Origin: an uncultured Acetatifactor sp. | Lineage (GTDB): Bacteria > Bacillota > Clostridia > Lachnospirales > Lachnospiraceae | Assembly: GCA_949840935.1 (NCBI GenBank) | Contig: CATKXX010000007.1 | Span: 28,070 to 92,069 of the forward strand | Length of the DNA stretch: 64,000 nt | Direction: 5' to 3' | Shown: in pieces, positions 50,901 through 58,592 of the stretch | Numbering within the stretch: position 1 is the first letter of the stretch | Layout of the letters: every line of letters begins with the position of its first letter | The notes under the pieces: generated by a model | Database searches by the model: none | What the model was told of the DNA's origin: nothing | The model's input: only the letters and a program-made list of their open reading frames with translations | Position numbers and translations under genes: made by a program

Positions 50901-52501
50901 TCGCCGGCTGTAGCATAATATAATCCTGCCTTCCCCGTCTCCGCTGTCAGCGCGGCGGTTTCAAATTCCGGCCGGGGATGAAAAACTGCTGCCTCACCCG
51001 CCTCATAAATGTGGCTCGCCAGAAGTGATGTATCACCCAGATATCCAATCGTGTTAGCCATGAAAACAGGGAATTCCGCTTTCAGGGGGAAATCAGACTC
51101 CCGAATATCAAAGCCCACCACCACTGTCTTAATCCCGTCATGTTCACCGTAATAGCCTGCACACTGCTCTCCCGCCCACAAAAATCCCGTACCCCAGGAG
51201 GGCACCTCATACACCTTTGTCTCGTTGACGCCGATCAGGAAGGAGGGCAGCCCCGCCGTCAGGTCACAGCCGGCCGCCGTGAGCATTACCCTCTCCGCCG
51301 TGCCGGCCGTGTTCCTGGCGTCCTCAAATATCAGGCCGCCTGCATCCTCCGGCAGGTTTTCCGCCATACCGGCATCGTAAATACGGATTACCGGGGTATC
51401 CTCCGACAGGGCACCATCATCCGCAACCCTTGCAAGGCTGGTTCCTGCCACCGCCTGATAGGCCTTTTCTATATAAGTGTTTCCGTCTCCTACAAGGATT
51501 GCGTCCATCGGGCCTGTCCGGGGCAGAACGGCATAAGCCGTATTGTCCCCGGGAAGCGAGTCCTCCTCCCCGCTTCCCCCAAATTTCACGGAACCGATCT
51601 CACTGCGGAGAGGCTCTCCGCCCCATTCAAAAGGAGCAAAATAGCATAATGACGTCTCCCCGGCATCCATGTTAAGCTGCCGGATTTCCAGCAGCCTGTC
51701 GCCTTCATACAGGCTTACCTCCATGGAAGCCGGAGAGTCACTGTAATTGGTAATACTGGATGCACAGGTAACATCAGACATTTCCTCCTGCTGCACATAG
51801 GAGAGAAAATTATTAGACACATTGCTCACTGCACTCCCCATCACCATAATACGGGCATCAAAATACTGTGACAGGCTCATGGCGTCCCTGGCACCGCTGC
51901 CATCCGTGAACACAATCACCTCCGCTGCAGAAATGCCGTCTTCAGACTCCGCACCTGCACCCCGAAGTGTCTCCACCACACTCTCCACATCTTCCAGCTT
52001 TCCTCCCCCGTCACAGCACTCCACCTGCTTCAGGGCTTCGTAAAGGATGCTCTTGTCCCTTACGCCGGCCGCCAGCAATTCTGTCCCCATGCAGTCATTT
52101 GTGACAATGGAAAAGGCTGTCTCCTCTGAGGAAGCGATCAGGTTACGCACCTGTGCCATAGCCTCATCCATACGGCTTCTTCCATTTCCCGCGTCATGCT
52201 GCATACTCCCGCTGGTGTCCAGCACAAGGATCACATTCCCCCTGCCCCTGCCTTCACCGTGAAAATAAGGAGACATCAGCCCAAACACAAGCAGCAGCAG
52301 TATTAATATCTGGAGATACATCAGGATATTATGAATAAACTTCTCCAGAAATGTCTTCGACTGATGGTTCCTGAATAGTCTCTCCCACAACAGGTTGGAA
52401 GAAATCCTGTAGTCCTTCCCCTTTGGCTTTAACAAATATAAAATAATCACAACCGGCACCGACAGAAGCAGCGCCAGCGGCCACAAGCTCTCAAATATCA
52501 T
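47966..52501 (-). CDS. Large membrane-anchored BatA/VWA protein with three VWA-like domains and a GATase-like region
   Basis: N-terminal BatA-type IILYLLKPK..SSNLLW; MIDAS-like DTSGSM, DISNSN, DHSGSM; GLVCMGGEDSFALGGY; internal and C-terminal TM helices. Confidence 0.85.
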   Translation of the reverse strand: MIFESLWPLALLLSVPVVIILYLLKPKGKDYRISSNLLWERLFRNHQSKTFLEKFIHNILMYLQILILLLLVFGLMSPYFHGEGRGRGNVILVLDTSGSMQHDAGNGRSRMDEAMAQVRNLIASSEETAFSIVTNDCMGTELLAAGVRDKSILYEALKQVECCDGGGKLEDVESVVETLRGAGAESEDGISAAEVIVFTDGSGARDAMSLSQYFDARIMVMGSAVSNVSNNFLSYVQQEEMSDVTCASSITNYSDSPASMEVSLYEGDRLLEIRQLNMDAGETSLCYFAPFEWGGEPLRSEIGSVKFGGSGEEDSLPGDNTAYAVLPRTGPMDAILVGDGNTYIEKAYQAVAGTSLARVADDGALSEDTPVIRIYDAGMAENLPEDAGGLIFEDARNTAGTAERVMLTAAGCDLTAGLPSFLIGVNETKVYEVPSWGTGFLWAGEQCAGYYGEHDGIKTVVVGFDIRESDFPLKAEFPVFMANTIGYLGDTSLLASHIYEAGEAAVFHPRPEFETAALTAETGKAGLYYATAGDITEAYVVRFATAGESDGRIVSEGVPGPDIEGGRLVKKRLRNVLLAAALLLLALEWVLYVRQTRYRGRFYLVVRGVSALLILLALLGVSINKRSGVNTTVFLVDISNSNEQNLPEMERYLDDALSIMPGNNQYGIVTFGKDSLVEQFLTQEDHFSRIMSLPDKTATSFEEAVSRALAMLPSEGAGRIVILTDGRETRGDLAGTASALAARQVELLAMVYETVQGQDAYVEQVVLPGYLYQGDMYSMTVTVESNYETDAQLQIWMGTMQTESYDVHLNRGTNQFRLRQQVTGESVESFEVRVAAPGDTCGENDSYHAYSVVDSVPKVLLISGMEEDSRQYEEVLRSAGSNYSVVSAINAPETLEGLLAYKSILLENVYLPDLPEGFLDNIETYVKDYGCGLVCMGGEDSFALGGYRESVLETVLPVDMLLRGVDEIPSTAMIMVIDHSGSMGAATGTGATSLDLAITAAETAVDQMRSTDYVGVLTFDDTYSWVVEPVQASDKETIKAQIETIAEGGGTTIQPALLAALEGAAGCDAGIRHVILLTDGQGESRNYNDVIEAYTGGNVTLSTVAVGDGSDMRLLQRLADNCGGRYYYSDIASEIPKIFAQEVFLSGDTYLQNGEFSLAVNSSHEITRELFEGGWPSIYGYVSATPKNASSVLIASEKDDPVLTVMQYGLGHTAAWNTDVTNQWTAAYAGENDYVQLWRRIIDFSVGNTAIGEDTMDVLTAGGVTSIVYNALDFSEQTKVEAVYTDPEGNTQTAPLHATAPGRYEAKLDTDLSGLYSLSVRRLEDGSIANTVTTATAVQYSDEYKFDVGSEAFIGFVEHYGRLLAPGDNFWQQRRSQSKERYELTKWLILLAVVWFVLDIAFRRFHFLPWETGLYRLVRRRLLQRRRGDASIVSGAGTAIVKGMNASDGRKGALEGEGTEPPVGGTPTGRAGMEPPGGERKPGKSKKAGRKQEPQALDTSALLKKKDQRNQ

Positions 52502-53361
52502 AAATCACCCTTAAATCCTGAAATATCAGCTGTCTTCTGTCCCTGCCCGTATCGCAGAGCACGTAAGCTCCCCTGCCCCCGGCGCAGCCCTTTCTCATCC
52601 GCTCCTTAAGATGCCCCAATTCCTCCTCATAAAGGCCTATCGTCCTGGCATCCATCGTCAGCCTCAGCTTTTCCTCCGTCTCGGAATCGATCAGCCGGTA
52701 CGCTCCTGTCAGGGTAACGTGAAGCTCCTCCGAGGCCAGCGTATGCAGAATGACTGGACGCTGCTTACAATAGTCCAGGTACTGAAGCAGCTTTTCATAA
52801 CTGCTCTTACCCTTCTCCAACATTTCAGGATGCAGGAAGTCACTGATCAGCACTGTCACCCCCGGCCCTCTGCGCTGTATCTTCTTTACCGAGGATAGCA
52901 TATCCGCCTGCCCGGAAAAAGATAGCTTATCCAGCCAGTGCAGAACCCTTGGAAAGGCATTTCTTCCGCCGCTCACGGAAAGTCCCCTTCCCATATCCTT
53001 CATATCATAAAGCAGAAGCCTGTCCATATTATTCAACGCCAGAAAGCTCACTGACGACGCCAGATCCTTTGCAAGCTCCGCCTTGCTTACGGCGCCATAG
53101 TCCATAGACGCACTGGTGTCTATGAGGACGGAGACTATTGCTTCCTTCTCCTCCATATATTCGCGGACATACAGCTTATCCAGCCTGGCGTAAACGTTCC
53201 AGTCCATCCGGCGCAGGTCATCCCCCGGCATATATTCCCGAAAGTCGGAAAACTCCGCCGAGTTGCCCTTCTGAATCGACTTACGGTTGCCGGACATATT
53301 CAGGCTGCTCTTATGGGACATGCGTAGCTGCAGTCTGGACAGGGTGTCATAAAATGTAGAA

Positions 53362-53369
<8 letters not shown>
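52491..53369 (-). CDS. DUF58 domain protein
   Basis: EFSDFREYMPGDDLRRMDWNVYAR, DTSASM, ISDFL. Confidence 0.93.
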
Positions 53370-54318
<949 letters not shown>

Positions 54319-54328
54319 TACACCCTCC

Positions 54329-55828
54329 TTATCTTCGCATGTCATTCAAAACATAGTATGTGCCTCTGGACGCTCCCTTTTTACAGATAAGGCTGTCACA
54401 GACAAGCTTATTGAGGATCACCTGCGCCCTTCTTTTCCCCACATCCAGCAGTGTCACTAATTGCCCTGACGTAATCCTGCCATTCTCCACAATATACTTT
54501 ACCACAGCTGCTTCCTGTGTGCTCATTTCGTCTTTGAGCGCATTTTGAGCGCATTTTGAGCGCATTCCGCCGCCATTGAAAAAGCAGAACACTTCCTCCT
54601 GCACTCTTCCGGTACACTCTGGAATATCCTCCAGGTTCCAGGCCATTGTATCTTCTGCCCGGTACAGATTTATCCTCAACGCGATTTCCATATCTACAAA
54701 CTCCGGCTCTGGTAATCCATACTCTTTCATCTCGCGCATCAGCTTCGGGATGCCCGTTCCCCATCCTTCCACCAGATTCATATAAGAAAACGCATGAGCC
54801 AGCGCATGATTCCTGATCTGAGAGTATCCCTCCTTCATCCGCCCTATGGTCACTCCCGGCATCAGCCCGCCCGGGGAAGTAATCTCCAGACGATTGTCGT
54901 AGACAGCCACCTGGATATGGGACGGCTGCAGGAAGCTGCAGTTCATCACTGCGTTGATGATCAGCTCACGGATACTGTCCGGGGGCAATTCATAGATATC
55001 CTGCCGGTATATTCCCTCAATCCTGGCGCCAAGGCGTATATTGCGGAGCACAAACTGAAAGGCTTCCTCCACCTGGCTCCACAGCGGCCCCTCATAATCT
55101 CTTTTATCTACAAAAATGCCTCTCGTCCTTCCCTTAAACATACCGCACTGAATCTTTGATAAAAAGACATCCTGTCCTGTGAGAAATACATAAGCGTTTG
55201 TAGGATGAATGACTCCATCCTCATCCTCAGCAAGAATCCCCCAATTCAACAGAATATTCTTTGTCACATTTTTGACGGCCTGCCTCTGTGCCTCATTCCT
55301 GCAATTTGCAAGCGCAATTTCCTTCATGTCCGTACAGAGCTGTGAGATCTCTTCATCGGAAATGCCCAGATCCCTGCGGATGACTGTATCGTAAGACCGG
55401 CCCTCCGATCCATAGTACATCTCCTGTGTCATCGAACGGTCAGCCTTTCTGGTGGTTCCGGACACCCTTATATAGACACCATTCGTAATCCCATCCGACC
55501 TGATGTAATACGGTTTCTGCTTCCCGGCGCTGATCTCCACAATGATTATGGTCCTGCCCTCTACCGTCTGCAGGTATACATCCGGGACAATCACAGGCTC
55601 ACAGCTGTCCGATATTGCATTTGTGATAGCATCCATCTCATGAAAAACAAGCTCCTCCGGTATGCCGGTTACGGCTCCCGTTTCGTCATCAATCCCAAAA
55701 ATGATCCGGCCGCCCTTTCCATTTGCAAAGGCAACAACCGACTTCATATATTTAATACTTTTGTCCGGACGCCTTACTTTAAATTCCACGTTCTTTGATT
55801 CACCATTGAGAAATTCTGCTATGGCCAT
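54329..55828 (-). CDS. AlbA_2 (Schlafen-like) / RecG-C-like HATPase / wHTH protein
   Basis: GESKNVEFK, VAFANGKGG.IIFGIDD, RELIINAV, LEITSPGGL, EGWGTGI, C-terminal winged HTH (KGASRGTYY). Confidence 0.88.
   Translation of the reverse strand: MAIAEFLNGESKNVEFKVRRPDKSIKYMKSVVAFANGKGGRIIFGIDDETGAVTGIPEELVFHEMDAITNAISDSCEPVIVPDVYLQTVEGRTIIIVEISAGKQKPYYIRSDGITNGVYIRVSGTTRKADRSMTQEMYYGSEGRSYDTVIRRDLGISDEEISQLCTDMKEIALANCRNEAQRQAVKNVTKNILLNWGILAEDEDGVIHPTNAYVFLTGQDVFLSKIQCGMFKGRTRGIFVDKRDYEGPLWSQVEEAFQFVLRNIRLGARIEGIYRQDIYELPPDSIRELIINAVMNCSFLQPSHIQVAVYDNRLEITSPGGLMPGVTIGRMKEGYSQIRNHALAHAFSYMNLVEGWGTGIPKLMREMKEYGLPEPEFVDMEIALRINLYRAEDTMAWNLEDIPECTGRVQEEVFCFFNGGGMRSKCAQNALKDEMSTQEAAVVKYIVENGRITSGQLVTLLDVGKRRAQVILNKLVCDSLICKKGASRGTYYVLNDMRR
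54533..54565 (+). repeat. Perfect 3 x 11-bp tandem repeat inside AlbA_2 gene
   Basis: (TTTGAGCGCAT)3 in the linker before the wHTH domain. Confidence 0.9.
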
Positions 55829-55979
55829 AATATTACCTCCGGATACTCTCCTCAAAGCTTATGCAATATTATCATGTAAAGTTTTCCCATCTTTTCCGCA
55901 AGCCAAGTATACCACATACATTTATTTTTGTAAATGAACGCATACCTGTATTTATAATCGTAAACGGTTATGCGGCACG

Positions 55980-57341
55980 CTACGCACAGCCTTTCAGGAA
56001 CTTATCAAACTCTGCCTTCATGTGCAGGAAATTTCTTTTCTGCCCCGGAATCAGCTTTCCCCGCTTTTCAAAAACAGTCAGCCATTCCTTTAATAAAAGC
56101 TCCTTTTCCTCCTTTACAGCATAGCTCACCAGTGCAACGAAGGAAGGTCTGTTCTCATCCGACAGGATCCTGGAGTCAATATCTTCGACCGCTTCCGACG
56201 CATCGTTCGCCATAAGCTCATACAACTCCATGTCCTCATCATCGACTTTCCCGTCTACATATTCCTCGATGATCGCCTTTGCAGTAACAGGCTTCACAAA
56301 CTCCTCCAGCAGTCCCTGAAGCATATTCAGCTTGTCTGTGATGACCTGTCTGTCCTTCGTGCTCATTTCCCTGCCAATCTCATCAAACAGCTGGCCTTTT
56401 TCATTTCTCCTGGTACTGCGGAGCGTCTTATGGAATATCCGGAGGAATTCCGCAAACTTCCTGTCATCCGCTTTTTCATCGGTTCCCATTCTGGTAAACC
56501 TGTCAAAAAGCGTCAGGAAGAGAAAGGAATCCTTCTTATTAAATATGTCCCTGATATCAGTTGTTATAACCTTCTCCAGCCTGCATATATTTTCAGCAAA
56601 CCTGTCAAATTCCTCCTCTGACGCATGATCATTAAGATATTTGCAGGCCGCCCTGGGCTGTGTCTTCCAGCTTTCAAAGTGGTTCATGCACATTATAGTC
56701 TCAACAACCATTCTCTCAGCGGCCCCCCTGGTCTTATCCTTTTCGGAATAACCGGTGCATTCCACAAAAAACCTGCTGTTCAGTATCCTTCTGATCCGGC
56801 TCGCAAATCTGTCAATATAAGTAAACGCCCTCTGATCCGTATTCATGGCAACATGGTTATTGTAACGCTTGATATACCTTGAAATCCTGGCACTGTCACA
56901 GCGCTCATGTATGACTGTCTCAATCTGATATTCATCAAATTTTTCCTTTAATTCCTCGGGGAGTTTTTCATATGTCTTATTCTTAATATTAAATACGGCA
57001 TCTTCATATGTGATATTGCCGTCCTTATCCGTCACCCTTTTCTTATAAGGAATCAAAGGGTTCTCAACGGAAGACGTAATCTTATAATTCATGTCCCTGA
57101 ATTTTCTCAGGGCCGCCGTCCTGCAGCCGCCGTCAACAATATGCAGCCTGGTATTTTCCTCCTCCCCGAGAATAACGGGAGGAATATAGTCATCTGTCAG
57201 GACGGTGACGATCAATTCGTTGATCTGCTCATTATTCCAGGCAAAATTCCTCTGTACGTCGGCATTATTATCAATATCGCCCTTCCTGTTCTTATTCAGA
57301 TACATATCTAAAGTATAAGTCTGTTTCCGTGGTCTTGCCAT
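55980..57341 (-). CDS. DUF262 (ParB/Srx-fold, GmrSD N-terminal-like) protein
   Basis: VQRNFAW, IPPVIL, HIVDGGCRT (variant DGQQR), YIKRYN; no C-terminal HNH recognisable. Confidence 0.8.
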   Translation of the reverse strand: MARPRKQTYTLDMYLNKNRKGDIDNNADVQRNFAWNNEQINELIVTVLTDDYIPPVILGEEENTRLHIVDGGCRTAALRKFRDMNYKITSSVENPLIPYKKRVTDKDGNITYEDAVFNIKNKTYEKLPEELKEKFDEYQIETVIHERCDSARISRYIKRYNNHVAMNTDQRAFTYIDRFASRIRRILNSRFFVECTGYSEKDKTRGAAERMVVETIMCMNHFESWKTQPRAACKYLNDHASEEEFDRFAENICRLEKVITTDIRDIFNKKDSFLFLTLFDRFTRMGTDEKADDRKFAEFLRIFHKTLRSTRRNEKGQLFDEIGREMSTKDRQVITDKLNMLQGLLEEFVKPVTAKAIIEEYVDGKVDDEDMELYELMANDASEAVEDIDSRILSDENRPSFVALVSYAVKEEKELLLKEWLTVFEKRGKLIPGQKRNFLHMKAEFDKFLKGCA

Positions 57342-57371
57342 TATATACCCCTCCATTGAATCTCTTTATGC

Positions 57372-57926
57372 TTACAGTACTGAAACATTTCTGTAGGAAT
57401 GAATCGCTTCACAGCACTCGGCGTATTGCTTTCCGCTTATATGTAATTCCGCCCTTATCTCCTTTGGGAGATAACCGTCAGAAAGCATCCACAGCACCTT
57501 TCTCTGAAGCCCTGAAAGCCGGTTAAGATACGAACGCATCCTTCTGCTGAAGCCCTCCTCCCGGTTCTCAAACAGCTCCCTCTCAATCGTAAAGGTGTCT
57601 GCAATCGTTTCTCCCAGAGTAACATCCTCCCCGTCGCCCACAGGTATGTCGATGGATACGGATATTCTGTCCGCCCTGCGCTTCTCCCTGTTCCTTCTCG
57701 TCATTTCCGTCTTGATCCTTTTCGACAGGCAGGAATACAAAAAAGCTTCAAAAGGCTGTGAGCTGTCATATCGACTGATTACGTCTGTAAACACCTCATT
57801 TGCAAGCGAGTAGAAATCCTCAATATCCTTATCCGGAATACCTCCAAATTTCTGTATAAGCTTATCCACAAGCCCGCGGAGCTTTCTTGCATTGTCCGCA
57901 TAATACATCTCCAGTATCTGTTCCAT
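57372..57926 (-). CDS. Sigma-70-family (sigma2+sigma4 only) RNA polymerase sigma factor
   Basis: Region 2 DIEDFYSLANEVF...YD...FEAFLYSCL..RI, VSIDIPVG, region 4 LSGLQRKVL..LSDGY...EI...LHIS; ATG 57926 behind AAGGAG. Confidence 0.85.
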   Translation of the reverse strand: MEQILEMYYADNARKLRGLVDKLIQKFGGIPDKDIEDFYSLANEVFTDVISRYDSSQPFEAFLYSCLSKRIKTEMTRRNREKRRADRISVSIDIPVGDGEDVTLGETIADTFTIERELFENREEGFSRRMRSYLNRLSGLQRKVLWMLSDGYLPKEIRAELHISGKQYAECCEAIHSYRNVSVL

Positions 57927-57998
57927 ATCGCCGTTCTCCTTCTGATCGTTCTGTTCTGTAAACAGGCTTTTTGTATTTAATTGTCGTTGATAATTATT

Positions 57999-58027
57999 AG
58001 TATAGAATGTATGTTCTTGTTTGTCAA
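57999..58027 (-). promoter_or_regulatory. Consensus sigmaA promoter for the sigma-DUF262 operon
   Basis: TTGACA (58027-58022)-N17-TATACT (58004-57999). Confidence 0.85.
58004..58017. promoter_or_regulatory. LexA (SOS/Cheo) box 1, inside promoter spacer
   Basis: AGAACATACATTCT on minus strand; one mismatch to GAAC-N4-GTTC. Confidence 0.7.
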
Positions 58028-58036
58028 TAGTTTTTG

Positions 58037-58050
58037 CGAACAAGCGTTCG
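58037..58050. promoter_or_regulatory. LexA (SOS/Cheo) box 2, just upstream of -35
   Basis: CGAACAAGCGTTCG, full match to Firmicute consensus CGAACRNRYGTTCG. Confidence 0.85.
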
Positions 58051-58269
58051 TTATTTTATTTTCTGTAAGTTCTACAGGCCTTTTGAACCATTCAAAAAGT
58101 ATAAAAGGTTTTAAGTCCTATTTTCCGTACTTGTAATGCCTTTCAGAAATGAAATCATCCCATGCATTACAAATTTGCCCGTTTCCGTCATTCAAATGCA
58201 GAAGTATATAGTACAGGGAGCAGTCAGGAGCCCCTCTTGCAAAGAATCTGAAAAGAAAGGAAGATACCG

Positions 58270-58572
58270 ATGACAGAAACATTTTACAGAACGGGAGCCT
58301 TCAGAAGGGATTTCTCCACATTCGGAGGTAGGATCTGTGCCTCCGACTTCAACAGAAAAACCACATTATCCGAGGCTGCCGCAAGAATCATGGCGGACAT
58401 GCGATTTGACAGGCAATGCAGGAAGAACAGCCCGGACAACGAAGCAGCGTCAGATGAACACGGCAGCAAAACAACGTTAGATGAACACGGCAGCAAAACA
58501 ACGTTAGATGAACACGGCAGCGAAGCAGCACCAGATGAGACCGGCAGCGAACCTGAAAAGGGAATTATCTGA
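58270..58572 (+). CDS. Small hypothetical protein with repetitive C-terminal tail
   Basis: RBS AAAGGAAG, 100 aa, ends 20 nt before the RNAP start; 9-aa DEHGSKTTL repeats. Confidence 0.7.
   Translation: MTETFYRTGAFRRDFSTFGGRICASDFNRKTTLSEAAARIMADMRFDRQCRKNSPDNEAASDEHGSKTTLDEHGSKTTLDEHGSEAAPDETGSEPEKGII
58452..58559 (+). repeat. 27-bp coding tandem repeat, 4 copies (2 identical, 2 degenerate)
   Basis: AGATGAACACGGCAGCAAAACAACGTT x2, then AGATGAACACGGCAGCGAAGCAGCACC and AGATGAGACCGGCAGCGAACCTGAAAA. Confidence 0.9.
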
Positions 58573-58592
58573 ACTGAAAGGAGGCAGCGCAA

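Noticed and set aside
55829-55979. Prophage attL or tRNA integration site at the module's left edge
   Set aside because: AT-rich spacer with no tRNA, no integrase and no repeat partner visible in the window.
57927-58043. N-terminal extension of the sigma factor given by the ORF track
   Set aside because: It runs through the promoter and LexA boxes; the ATG at 57926 has a proper RBS.
58452-58559. 27-bp direct repeats as a CRISPR array
   Set aside because: Units are head-to-tail with no spacers, in frame within an ORF, and no cas genes are present.
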